Origin: Leidyana gryllorum EB-2025a
Lineage: Eukaryota > Protista > Apicomplexa
Length of the DNA stretch: 64,000 nt
Reading direction: 5' to 3'
Assembly: GCA_048772705.1 (NCBI GenBank)
Contig: JBLWGC010000140.1
Span: forward strand, 1-64,000
The notes beneath the pieces were generated by a model. The model saw only the letters and a list, made by a program, of their open reading frames with translations. It was not told the DNA's origin and did no database searches. The stretch's first letter is position 1; each line of letters opens with the position of its first letter. Below are positions 12,268 through 25,489 of the stretch, one piece after another. The position numbers and the translations under genes are program-made.

Positions 12268-15200
12268 ATGTCGTTCTTCGCTGATTTCGGCTGTATGGGT
12301 ATCGGCGGGAAAGATCGATCGCGTCAGACCCCCACCCATGACGTGCCAAATCCTAATGTAGCTAGAAATGAGTATCCCGTATCGCAAAGAATGTCTGCCC
12401 TCCCTTCACCCCGCCAGCACGGGGTGTATGCTCACGTGCAGGGGCGGCCCTGTAATATACTGCCGCCTCAACCTGCGCAGCGAATGATGAGTTGCACCGC
12501 GGGACAACGCCCACCGATGATGGTTGATCAACACAGTCAAGCGTTCTACAATGTCCATCCGCCTGGGTGCCGAGGAACCTGCTGCCAAGGCCTGCCGCGA
12601 GTACCTTCACAGCGTACCAATTCCCTGAGACGCGAAGGTCCTCCCGCCGTACCGCCCCAAACTGAGATGGACTCTCAGGGATACATCTGGGAGCAGCAGC
12701 CGCCAGCAGGGCCTTTCCTGCCCCCCCAGTACTTCCCCGGCATCCCAGCGCCCGCTGACGTGCCTCCTTCACTCCCTCCTGCCCCTGCTGTCTTTCCGCC
12801 TCAACAATTCACCGATCTGCCAGTTGTCGGTGGACGTCTTCGGGCGGCGGCGGAGTACCCCAACTCGATGGATGTGAGTGCCTCCCCACCGCGGGGTGTG
12901 CCTCAAACTGAGCCGGCGTTGGAGTGGGCGAGCCCCAAGAGTCACAATCCGCTCATTGACCCCCTCCCGGTCCCGATCACGCGCCCTACGCGCATAGCTC
13001 AGGAGATTCCGTCATCCAACGAGGACACTTCCGCTCCCCAAAGTCGGAACTGTCTGCTGGGGACAGACAGTCCCCACGAGCCGCCAAAGCTTACCTCACC
13101 ACCGAAGGCCGTTGACAAACCGTTAGCGCTTCCCATTCAGACTCAAACTCAAACTCAAAAAAGTCGGCCGGCACCCGTCAGAGTCCGATCTCACTCGAGA
13201 GCGAAGCCCATCGCGTTGACCATTCCGAGTTCGCTCGTTCCTCCGGCGGACACCGTTCCGGCGGCAGAGCCCCATTCTCAGCCTGCGGCGTCCCACTCTC
13301 AACCTGCGCCTCCCCCGCCCCCGGAACCCGCTGTCGAGCGACCGGACCCCCAAGTGAGGCACGACTCGCAGCCTCCCGAGCGATCGTTCTATTCGAAAAT
13401 CTGTAATATGCCCCTTACCACAAAGCCGCAGGAGTCTCCTCGGCTTCCAAAGAGTTGGGACGGCTTGGTGGCGGCTCCGGGAGAGGCCGTGAGGCCCGCC
13501 GGGGTCAACAGGGTGCCGATTAAGGCGGTAATAGAGCCGCGTAAACCCGATCAGCCGGCTGCCCCCACCCCCGACGCGACTCCAGTGCGAACGGAAGAGA
13601 ACGCGGGGCGGACTTCGGCTGCGGCGGCTGCGGTGGGTGCTGAAGAAGACACAGTGGAGCCGCCGGCGGCGGTACAAATCGATCGGCTGCGGAAACCGGC
13701 CAATAAGCGGAATTCCGGTTTCGCTACGGTGATGCGTTACTCTCCGTCTTCGGCGGAGGACGAGGACGAGTCTGAGAGATTGGGAGTGAAGGATATGTTG
13801 GAGGTTCCACGAAGCGGTCATCCCGCGTTGGGGAGTGAGGAGTCGAAGTTGTTGGAAGAGATCGCGGCGTTGGAGTGGGCGGAGATGAAGCGAAGAAAGG
13901 ATAAGGAGGAGGCGTATCGGAAAGCGTTTGATTACGTGAAATCTCTGAGCAGCGACTTTGAGATGCCTCCTCAGGTTCCGAAGGAGCTGAAAAAGGACGT
14001 TGAGATGCTTCGGGCTTCGAATCCTCCGGCACAGTTACTGCCTGAAAAGTACCGAGGAGGGTGGGGCAGTGGCGAGAGGTGTCCCGTTCTGCAACCGGTG
14101 CGCAACGAGGCCGCACGCGGGTACCTGAAGCGGCAGTTGAAGTTGAATGATGAGAATCTGCGGATCAAATTGCCATCGTACGTCCCGATGATGACGTCAA
14201 CGGAGATGAGTTTGTCGGCGTTCTATGGAGGTCGCATCCCGGACCCCAATATTGAGAGGGCGGAGGGCCCGAGTTTCACTCACCTTTTGGTGAAACCGCC
14301 GTTAACGGATATGGAGAAGGTGCTGCTGATGTGGTACGAAGACTTCTTTTTGAAGAATCCGGCGGCGTTTCTGGAACTCGGGATCGTGTTGACAACGGAC
14401 TTTAACTCTCTCGAGAACAATACGTGTCCGATGAATTGTGACCTCATTGACCTCTGCAGAGTGTTATATACATTGGTTCCTCGCGCTCGAATGTGTTACC
14501 GGAAATACCGTCCCACCATTAACGCTCCCCCACACGCCTATTTGGCTAACGAATGGCTGAAATTCATAACAATGTACGTTGTGACCGACGATCTGCGACA
14601 CATTGATTACTCCGGAGCCAAAGATATGATAGAATACATCAAACAGTTCTGCGGTGTTCCTATGACGCATTTCGTGATCGATGGAACTCAGGAATTCACG
14701 TATCCGATCACACCCGTCCGCATCACTGAAGCATTCTTCGGGACAGATTTTATTGGAACCATTTATCCCCTCATAGATCTCGGCTACAGACGCTGCGGAG
14801 CTGTCAGCAAAGAACAGGCCATACAGAGCGACGAGTTTTGCTGTCAGTGCCACCATCGAGCCGCAGCCACCGCCGAAGACGCCCACAGAGACCAATCTCT
14901 CCCCGGCACCAACTCGCACACCACTCACCACAAGCGACACGGACTCGTCAAAGACAGCCGGTTGGGCGACCTCGTGGTGCAGCAATCGAACCCCACACGG
15001 CTAAGAAACGCCCTACGGGCCGCGAGCAGTAACGGTGTGAACACAGAGTCGAGCCAATGGACCGATACTGATGCCAGCTGTACCAGTAACTCTGATGAGC
15101 CCTCCTCTTCCTCGCTGCCGCGAAACCAGAAAGAAGTCACCACAGTCGCATCTTCAACCGAAACTGTTGATGCCGCCGACCCTCCCTTCGTCTCGAAGAA

Positions 15201-16035
15201 TGTTCCACGCAGAGTCGCTGCTCCCCCGACAAACGAAGTCCGTCCATCGGTCGTCTCGGCCGCAATCAACAAGTTCGAGAGGGGACCCACCGCCGAGTGT
15301 CCCGCATGGTCCCCCAAGTGCCGCTCCAGACTCCCCTCGTCGAGTGCGGAGGGCAGCGGGAGCGCTGCTGCGCAAATGGACTCCTCCCCTCCGCCGCCCG
15401 TCCGCCGCGAGCGGTCCAGCAGCGGTGCCACACCTCAGGCGCCTCCCATGGACCCGGGCGAAGACCGAGGCCGAGCCCGAGCACAACTTCAGGAATGTCG
15501 TGAGTAATCTACGGGACTGCTTCATGTCTTTGCCCACACAGTACCGTCCATACACAATCTCTTTACAAAGCTCGAGGAACGTCTCTACGCTGTCCTCCAG
15601 GGCCCCATAGCTCTCCACCACCTCCGACACAACCTACGCACTCTCCCCTCGCCTCAGGGAGACGACAGCGATAACCATAAAGATGAAACGCCCCCCATTG
15701 AAGAACCGACTGGCAGTCGCCCTAAAAGACCCACAATCCGCAAACAATATGGACCAAGCGACGCTCGGAAGGCAATTGACGCTCTTCGCACTTACGCCAT
15801 CGACCTTCTGCCCGAAGGATCAGTGGTGTGTTACGTTCGAGTGCTCGAGAAACCCCACCACGGCCCCTCCCCTGTGGTGCTGAAAGTCCTCCTCCGCGAT
15901 GACATTCAACAACTACTCGGAGACAGCGCCTTTCCCAAATTAGCGCACAACTGCCAACCGACCGCCGCACTCGCCGGCCCCAATCACTTTCTCAAGTGGT
16001 TCGAAACTCATCAATATTGCACTCAAAAGCAATAA
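12268..16035 (+). CDS. Large hypothetical protein: Pro-rich disordered N-terminus, central globular domain; intron 15500-15541
   Basis: 1079-aa ORF. The splice gtgagt...acacag continues ECLPSIHNLF... to the stop at 16035. Confidence 0.8.
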
Positions 16036-16650
16036 GCAATGATCTGTCTGGGAGCAAATACTCACATAGAGAACAAACGACTTCTCTCGACGTGTTTAGT
16101 TAGTTATATCCTATCTTTGTTACTTTGATGACAATTCGCGGCGCGAACAGCGCAAAGACTCCACCAAATTGAAACAGAGACACCAACAGGGAGGAGATGG
16201 GAAGGGGAGAGGAGGGCAGGGAGGGGAGTGGAGTAGACATGACGGACGAGCTACTAGAGGAGAAAAGTCATTATTCTCTCTGGCAGATCGATCAATCCGA
16301 CGACCGACCAATCCCTCGCAGATGCTCAACATTTTGATAATAAATACGCAGCAGCCCATCGATCAAAACCAATAGATTCTAATTGCGTCTGTCTGTGAGA
16401 GTGTGTGAGAGAGTGTGTGTGAGTGTCTCGAAGTGTGGGTGTAGAGAGAAAGGAGATATCTTGGGGGATTTGAGACCCAATGGGGTGGGAGACAGAGGAA
16501 GTGAAAGAGAAGAGAGAACGGATGGCAGTAACAGACGACCTAAAATCGCCTTCAACTACGTACATCACACACAAAGTCGTGACTCTGTGCGACAAGTGAG
16601 TATGAGAGTGAGGTGAGAGAGAATGAAGCAAGAATGGGGAGTTCTCATCC

Positions 16651-19185
16651 TCAATGGCTCTTCGCAATAAGATGGACAGCCAAACAGGTGCAGTTGTCAG
16701 GTCGTTGGAACGCTTTGCGTCGTCTGTTGGAGGATAGGAGGAAGTGTCGTCGGAAGCCACACTTAGATCACACACCTTTCAGTGGCAACTTCTGTCAAAG
16801 TGTATGCGAAGGCTGACGGATCAAAAGCTCTTCGCTTAGCCCGACTCTTCGCATCAAAATCTCGCAACATGTCGATGATACACCCCGAGGAGAGGACGTC
16901 TGTTACTCCGTCTACACACCGAATCACCGCAAAATCCTCACCACCACATTCACTCACCACTCATCAAAAGAAGGAACATATCCCCCATCGGCTGCTCAGC
17001 ACGTATATGGTGACGGGCTCCGCTTGCCCCACTCGTCGTCTGGTTGGACCCCTTCCGTGCAAAACACTTCAATAAACCTGACCGAGAGCGCGACACGTGA
17101 TCTTCCGTAGGTAAAGCGCTCTCGGCAACCGATTGGGCTGCGGTGTCTATTCCCGCGCCATTCGCCTCCGACGGACCGGAACGAGATCGTACTGAATAAG
17201 TAGAGGCCGCACGCTGAGGCATCGGAGCCGGATCGCGACCCGGCGATCGACCCAGCCCGCCTGTCTGACGTCGAGGAGGCAAATTCTCTTTGCTCGTAGC
17301 CGTTGAAGGCCGAGCGTTCTCGTCAGACTCTGCATTAGTCGTATCCTTCCGCTTCAATGCCCCAGCTACTTCTGCCACGGTCCCACTGGCACACCGCCGG
17401 TGATGCCCAGCCCGGGGCCGGTAAGCAGGGACAATCCGTCGCATCTCTGTCAACGTCACCGGAGGAAGTCGAAAACACCGGCTCTGGGAGTGCAGTCCGG
17501 GTCGTCCTCCTTGCATCAACAACTTGGGAATCTGCTTCAGCGCCAAAAAGGAGTAATCAACCTGAGTACTCAACCCACACTCCTTGAATATCGAGTGTCC
17601 CAGTGATCGACCCCTACGGTGCGAATCCGGCAATCAATCATCCTATGGATTCTGATATACCCACATGTTAATAGAGAGACCACGTCTTTTGGCTTCCTCA
17701 TATTCAATATCTCCGGGAATTAGCCGCAGCACTCCGCCGTCCCCGCGGATCACCCGACCCCGACCCTCCTCAGAAATCCGCTGTAATTCGTCCCGGTCCT
17801 CTAAATTATGTCGCCGAGATCTGTCGGACAGCTTAGAATCCCGAAACGTGTCTCTTAAAGCAGAATACACAGTACCACCACCACAACGGAGACATCGACA
17901 CACGTGTGTGCAAACATCGAGACACACCGAAACAAGTGGGCGACCAACGGCACACTGACCGAATATCGCAGTGTGTTGGACATGATACGACTATACAAAG
18001 GCCGCCGCCAGGGAACCGGCTCATGAAGGGCTTAACTTACAATTCAACCACAAGCGGAGCAGGGCGCTTGTTGCCTGACCATTGACCAGGAGGGAAGGCG
18101 AAGAGGAGAGCGCTGGAATCACCACAAGACGTGGAAATTAATACGTCATTCTGGTATCAATATCACATTGCAGTGAACCATTTGGTTGCAATGACGCACC
18201 GCAAGCGTTACAGATACGCACGTAGTGCCAAAATCACGTTGAGTCTCATCATTAAGCTTTTCGATGGCTCGTTGACCTAATCGGAGGGACTCGTGAATAC
18301 TCTCGAGTAGATTGGTCGGATCTGTAGGATCCTTGGTGAGTCCATCAGTAGTTTGGGCGCTGAGTGTCCGCGAAAATACGCTGTCAAACGCCTGTGCGAT
18401 ATAGATATAATGCAACGAATATCGTCTTGAATTACCTTCTCAATGGCGGCAGCAGCATCACGGCCACCCGCACCGTGCCCGTCGAGCACCACAAATGTCG
18501 AAGATCCAATGTATGTCTCTCGGGTACGCGACTCGGGAACGGGATCGCTCTTTTCGGCCAAAGAAGTATTGGAAGAGAATGAGTCTTTGGCCCCTAAGGA
18601 GTCGTTCTGTGATGGAGTTGGACAAAGAGTCCACTTGAGGCTGTTGCTGCTTACGTGCGCAGAGGGTTGAGGGGTCAGGGGGAGGGCAACAGCATTGGAA
18701 GGGTTGGGTTTGGAGTGGTCCAGCTGGTTCAGCGAGGACAGCTCATGGTTCCAGGTGAATGAAAAGGTCGGGGTGAACGAAAGGGCGGGTGCAGCCGGAT
18801 CCAAGGACAGATCTTTGGTACAGGCATAGACTTGGACGGCCCAGCCGTCCTGATTCTCTCGGCAGTCAGTCTTAAGACAGCTGACTCCCCAACTTAAGCC
18901 GCGTAGGAGTCTAGATTCCGCTACTAAACCAGTCCAGCTCCATTCAGTCAAGACATCAGGTGGCGATAAAGAGGCAGCGCTCTCGGCTGGTGGCACTGTG
19001 CTCACTCGGCCGGCAGCCGAGGAGGTGCTGTTATGTTGTTTCCGATCAGCAGCGGTGTCTTCGGTGTGTGAAGCCGACGCAGCTCTGGAGGCCATCCCAA
19101 AGAAGGAATCTGTAGTTGCGGAAGCAGCATGAGAGGCGAAGTTCGGCGCCTGGTGACTCATTTGCCAGGCTTGCCATTTGTGCAT
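16651..19185 (-). CDS. PP2C/PPM-family protein phosphatase with large insertions (multi-exon; start uncertain)
   Basis: RENQD, VLDGHG, FGTT, CGDS, RSLG, CVDG and PDNCT motifs occur in order across exons. Confidence 0.85.
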
Positions 19186-19276
19186 CTTAGAGTCAAACAC
19201 TGAAATCCTATTCTTCAGTAGATCGGGGAGGTTTCCAATATCACCGTCGGTCTCATGGCCAAAAACACTAAACTAT

Positions 19277-21903
19277 CTATCGATTGTACACCATCGACAA
19301 GAAGTCGCCATCAGTCATCTGCAAAGCAGCCGCAGGGTCCGGCCCGCTGCCGGCGACCAGTGTCGACGAAACGCCTCCATCAGCCTCCACGGCGGCCGGT
19401 ACACCGCCTCCAGTCCCGCCTGCGGCAGCCTCTGCTGCATAAAACTCGGTCGCCATGGTTTGATGGGTGGCCTTCTTGGCACCCTTCCGCGCCGCCCCCG
19501 CTCCGCCCAGTCCTTCAAGATTGGGATGCACTCTCAGTAGCTCCACTCTGCTATCCATCGATGGGGCCTCTTTGACCAGAACGCCAGTTAGCACCATGCG
19601 AGTGAGGATACGTCTGATCCGCTCCTTCTCAGAGGCGATGTCTTCGGGATCACTCAAATCAGAGTGAAAGTCACTCAAATACCTGCGATCAAAGTGTCCA
19701 ACGGTGACACACAGACACAGACACACACCACCTACCATTGCACCACATTATCTTTCGTCTTGGCTTTCATCAATGCTTCCCGAGCCGCGGGTGTTTCAGC
19801 GAGATACAGCTGCTCTTCCAGATCCCGCAGTCGATTGAGTACTTGACTCTGTATGAGCTCGAACAAGTCGCTGTCCATCATCAATGGGGCAGACATTGTG
19901 CCTTCACCCGTTCCGGCCTCTTCTCGCACATCTTCCTCGTCGTCAGATCCGAAAAGCTCCACAGGATCACTTTTAACCCGAGTCAAACAATTGCTGAAAA
20001 TCTGAACAGCGGTTTCCGCGTGTTCTTTGGTCACAACATCAGAGAACTGTAGTTTGGCCACGGCCTCTGACAGTCGAACTAACGACTCCAATTGCCGAAC
20101 AGTCACTCTTTGAGACCGTTTCTCCCCAGCCATAGCATCCCGTTGCCGATGAGTCACATATTGACGCACCAATACACTCTTTGCTGGCTGTGTGATCCGC
20201 GGTCGGAAAACTTTAGCAGCTTTCAAGTATGTCTTCAGCTCCTCCTGATCCTTCAATAAGGCCCCTCTCAAATCCAGATTCTTCCCCGACACAGGAGCAG
20301 TGCCCGTGCAACTCAATTGAAGGACGTGCTCAGCAATTCTCCGATCTTCCTCCTCACTCGCCCGATCTAACAGGACAAAGATCAGATCGAAACGACTCAA
20401 GATCGTCGGAGATAACCTCAAGTTATCCCTCAACCGTCGAGTCACATCGTAACGGCCTTCAATAGGATTACAGGCGGCTAAAACTGACGCTCGCGCATTC
20501 ATTGTCGCCTGGACTCCGGCCTTCGAGATGGAAATGGTCTGTTGTTCCATGGCTTCGTGGATAGCCACCATATCCTTCTCATCCATCTTGTCAAACTCGT
20601 CGATACAGCAAACACCATTGTCCGCAAGAATCAGCGCCCCCGCCTCCACCACAGCTTCTCCCTGCTCCGGATCCTTGTGGACCGAAGCAGTCAGACCCGC
20701 CGCCGTGGAGCTTTTTCCACTCGTAAAGACCGCACGATTTGCAAACCCTTGCACCCACTTCAACAACTGACTCTTAGCCGTCCCCGGATCTCCCACCAGA
20801 CATACATTGATGTCACCACGCAGTTTGATGTTATCCTTCCGAGTCCGTTTCTCTACTCCACCAACCAACATGAGCATTATTCCTTTCTTGATATCCGTCG
20901 CGCCGTAGATTTCTGGGGCCACCATGGCCACAATCCGATCCAAGCAGTTGAGCGCACCCGCTATGTGTTTGAATCGTTTGTGTTGCTCCAGAGTGATTCC
21001 CAAACCACGTAACAGAGGATGGCTCAACAGCTCCTCGACTTCAGGAGAGTCGCTTGGCGCCTGAATGGCACGCTTCAACAGTCGACCAGCCGCACTGGCA
21101 GGTGAATACAACGTGCCCTGATCAACAGCTTCACTGCTCACACCGCCCTTCTCGGTTGCTTGCGGTTGGATTTGCACCGCCAGGAACACTTGCTTGTAAG
21201 CCAATTCCCTCACACCTAGTTTTGACAATCCTTTGATGCCAGACTCCGTCATCCCAGATTCAGACTGCAAGGCCCGATTCCGGTCTTGATTGACACCCCT
21301 TGATACTTCGCCTGGCCTCAGCATAGAGGGGACATCCGGCACAGCCAAAAGGCATCCGGTTGCCAGGATCTTGTCTCCGGGCTGAAAGGGGATTGAGTGT
21401 GCACACACACAAAACACTCTACCTTGCATCGCTCGACAGCTGCCCCACGAGCCACCACATCGAGAGTTCGAGGGACTGTCCCCGCTGGTACGTCGTCAGC
21501 GGTCACTTGTTGAATCCTGAGCTTCTGCCAATCGCTGAAGATCGAGCTGTCCAGCTTGATCTCCCATTTTGTCCGATTAAAGCAGCCTTGACGATTGCAG
21601 AAGGTAGGCTCGGTGTACTTAAATTGCTGTTCTACGGAATCGCGAGTCGCCTGACAAGCTTCACAGCTGAATGTTCCGAATCGCAATTCGGGCTTCACGT
21701 CCGAGCATCGTGTTACCACTCCACTAAGAACAACCAGACGACCACAATCCTCCGATCGTAGGGTGGGCACGCTGCGTCGAAATGAGAGGCGAGCGTAAAG
21801 AGTGAAGGCACAAGTTTAGATGAAGCGGGCAGCACGAGGGAGAAATGGGGGTCAGTGGCTTCTCCAAATGTTACAGGGGGATCATATTTCATCCGACGGA
21901 TAT

Positions 21904-21936
<33 letters not shown>

Positions 21937-22544
21937 CACACACACACCCACCGACACACACACACACACACATACCCTCTGTGTTCCAATGGATTCAGCG
22001 GAACGAGATCAAAAGAGTGGGCCTCTCCGTCATGCGGAGTCAGGGCAAGGAGTGCTGCACGTTTATCCTGGTCAGTGATGTGATTGGTGGATCGTTCACT
22101 TTCCAGAAAGTTCTTCAGATGATCCAAGATATCTATTTTGAGATTGGGTATCAAACGCATAAAGTAGAATTCGAGAAAGGCAGCAGATGAGTTAAAGGGT
22201 GTTGGGGCGGGGAGCGGAGGGCATTCAGCACCAGGCCGGCTCATTGTTGCGACCCATCGTTGGCTTCTTTCGTGCTCAGCGTAGTCTCGAAAGTCACGTA
22301 GGTTTAGAGACATTAGGCGGAGGTCGGTGAGGGCATAGTGATCGACAATATATCGTTCAAAGGGGTTTAGAGCCCCATTCGCATTAGGGTCAACATAGCT
22401 GAGAAATCGCTTGAAGTCGCGATTAAAATTGGTCAGCCACACTTCTTCAATGTTACGGTTTTCGCGTCGCAGAAGTTCTTCGACCCAGTTGGGGTTGAGT
22501 CCGATATTGATGCCCTCGACAACATCAGTCATAGCAGTAGCCAT
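19277..22544 (-). CDS. MCM6: DNA replication licensing factor MCM6
   Basis: GDPGTAKSQ Walker A, IDEFDKM Walker B, SRFD arginine finger and zinc finger. MCM6-type GIKGLSKLGVRELAYKQVFLA and AIHEAMEQQTISISKAG. Confidence 0.95.
21901..21972. repeat. Compound (TA)n/(CA)n microsatellite in MCM6 intron 1
   Basis: Directly visible dinucleotide runs. Confidence 0.9.
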
Positions 22545-22597
22545 CGTCAGTTTGGGGCGATCGATCTATTAAATACGCATGCACACACAGAGGGACG

Positions 22598-23152
22598 ATG
22601 CCTCGATCGAATCGGTCTCAGGCAGTCGAGGTGGCTATCGATCCACCGAACACAAATGAAAAGCAGCAACTGAACCCCGAAACTTCCTCAAAACCACCGA
22701 ACAAAGTTAGTGACCCACGCCCTACTTTCTCTCTACTTGAATGAATCACAACAGACTAAGAATCTCCATGTCTTGGATCGGCCGGACCCCGAGAATATCT
22801 TGAAGGAGGAAATTGAGCCCCATATCGATGAAATAGCCAACTATCCGCTTCCAGAACCCACAACAGAGTTCAAACCAACAGAATTCGCCCCAGGGCCCCC
22901 ACCTCCACCCCATCGAAGTAAGTGCTCACCCACTGACTCCGTCAGTTGTCCCACACAGGAGCGATTACCTTCAATCCCCCAAAGCCACGAATTCTGCGAC
23001 AAAATCCCATTGGTGATCCCGGCTCCGTTAACTGGTTCCCCAACGCGTTTGCACGATTCTGTGCTCCGTGCGACGAGTGCGTTCACGCAGCCCAAGCCAG
23101 CAAAACCCGCATCGTCGCTCCAAAAAGGAAGAATCGGATAATGTTCGCGTAA
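22598..23152 (+). CDS. Small hypothetical Pro-rich protein (3 exons)
   Basis: ATG at 22598 (MPRSNRSQ...). Two GT-AG introns give an open frame ending ...FCAPCDEC...RIMFA*. Confidence 0.6.
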
Positions 23153-23349
23153 CTCTCTCTCTCGCTCGCTCTCTGGCGGGGCGGCGCTCGATAACGATCA
23201 GAGCGGGGAGTGAGTGAGTGTCTCCGCAGCAGCGGCGAAGAATTATTTATCGGCCAAACCGTCGATTCTCACGTGTGTATATATGTATCAATATAGGTGT
23301 GTGGCCGCCTCGTTGTGTGTTCGCTGGTTGTCTTATATTCTCCACTCAT

Positions 23350-24940
23350 ATCACCACACTGCTGCTGCGCGGGCAGCTCTTCATCGCCGCCAACAACAGA
23401 ACGAAATCCATTTCCGGAATATCTTGAGTGGCCCAACGATACTCACACTCGTAAGCTTTTGCGAGCATCACTCAGAAGAGTCGATGATGTCTCACAACAC
23501 CAGTCGCCAACTCAATGGTGATCACCAGTTGACTGTAGTGCCACTCGAGAACCAGAAAGTCGCCGCCTGTGCTGTTCCACATATCGAGCACGTAGCCTTC
23601 TGTTAGATAATCGAACTCCAGGCTCGTGGTCACCTACAAGAATGGACCGCGTTGGCAGCACACCACCAAATTGCAAAGTGACCCACCTGATATCGGTCAC
23701 GTTCAGCTGACCGCTCGAGAATGGTAACGATCAAATCTCCGCTCCAGCCCACAGATCTGAGAATGCTAAGGTATTTCCCGGATGCACTTGGGATAATGAG
23801 AAAGGGGTCCGAAGACCCCCTCGCTGCAAACCATCCTTTCGGATATGATGGGAAGGAGTATCCCCTTCGTGGCCGACCCACGACTTCTTCAGAGAAATTG
23901 TGAGTTCGCGGTGCACCTAACCGTTCCTGCAACAGACTGCCAACGATAGTATTGTTGGGCTCGTGGGCCAACTCCTCGTCGATCTCGGGTAGTGGCGTGC
24001 AGCTTCTCCCAATACGGCCTGTTTTGACGGGGATCTGCCACAGACAACTCGCATACTCAGACTCCGTTTGGGTAGCATTCAGGGACTCCACAGGCTCTCG
24101 CGTCACCATGTGGACCACGTCGTTGGCAGCATCATAGGCCAAGGTCGAGGGAGGTACTTCTGCGCAAAAAGGTACTTCCCATTGCCGGTCACGACTACTG
24201 AACCACGCAGACTGACGAACAATAATTATATGCCGAACCTGCAGAACACTCACTCACACGGCTCACTAAATCCTTGAAATTCGATCCAATGACAAACCGA
24301 TAGCAACCTGTTTCAAAGCGATCTTGACACCCGTACAATTGGGAAATCGGTTCCATCCCATCATGTGGAGATGCGTAGCTGCGCGCTGACTGCCACCACA
24401 ACGCTTGCTGACAGTCTTGCCACCCTAAGCTCTGGAGACCCAGGAAACAAACAGTGTCCTTTCCGCCGCCACAAGGAGTATTTTCGCCCCAGATCGGCGT
24501 TATCTGCATTATACGGGTGATATCCGTCCGCGTCACGGGCTGCGAACTCGCAGGCGTCGAATACGCCGCATCATCGGCAGGATAGGTGCCATTAGTACTC
24601 CGAATTGATGACCAGCTGCCTTGATGTGAAGACCACTCAATTTGGCCGGTGAAAACGGAAGCTGCTGCCTGTTCACAAGCTTCTTTGAGAGAGAGTCAGA
24701 TAAGGAACCCACTAAATTGGTGTCATTATGTGGGAAAGTGTACTGCCATTCCACCACCGGCTGGTGCAATATATTGAAAAACGCGACCTGCGACGGACTT
24801 GAAGTACACCTTCCGTCGCGAAATGTCCAACCAGGTGTTGACGGTGCGGCCTTTGTCTCCTCTGCCAGGAATGCCAGAGCAAATATCACCCCAACGGACA
24901 CCAGAGCAAACATCAAGGACGAAAGGAGAAAAACATCCAT
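23350..24940 (-). CDS. Hypothetical membrane-anchored or secreted protein (multi-exon; ends approximate)
   Basis: N-terminal hydrophobic anchor VFLLSSLMFALVSVGVIFALAFLA, N-glycosylation sequons, and co-oriented ORF pieces. Confidence 0.5.
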
Positions 24941-25489
24941 GTCAAAACCACGTAAAAACCTGCTGAACACGCCCTCTTTGCCTCCTGCTACTCGTCAACA
25001 AGCGCAAGATCCTCCATGGCGTAGGCAGCGGCGAGCGTTGGCCCACTTATCCACTCGGCCAAGTATGAAAATCTGGTCATTCGAATCCATTTTTAGGCCC
25101 ACAGTCATCCAACGCACATCACACTTGATGAATCCGTTGCGAGATTCTCCAGTATGCGGGTGCCTACTAGATCAACTCCGAACACCATCAGTGCCTTTCC
25201 GGCTGTCGATTGGTCCGGAAAGGTGGTAGTCACAGTCAGTCGAAGGGATATGACGGGTTCAGGCTGCCTTGATGGGTGAATAAACAGATAGTCATACAGT
25301 GCAACACACGTGTGTGGCAAGTCTCCCCAAGCCGCGATTCGTGTAGATCTGGAACAAACCTCAATTTGGAATCTTAATTATCTCTGCTTTCGCAGTCATT
25401 GGGCCGGTGATGGTGGCCTATTAGGTTGGGATGTTTGCAACAGTGCCATTAGACAGAAGGGGCAGCGAGAATAGCCAAAATTTGTGGGG

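Noticed and set aside
19257-19295. MCM6-PP2C fusion through a ~19-nt intron
   Set aside because: Would need a weak donor (gtgtac) and an intron shorter than any other seen; MCM6 already has a plausible C-terminus.
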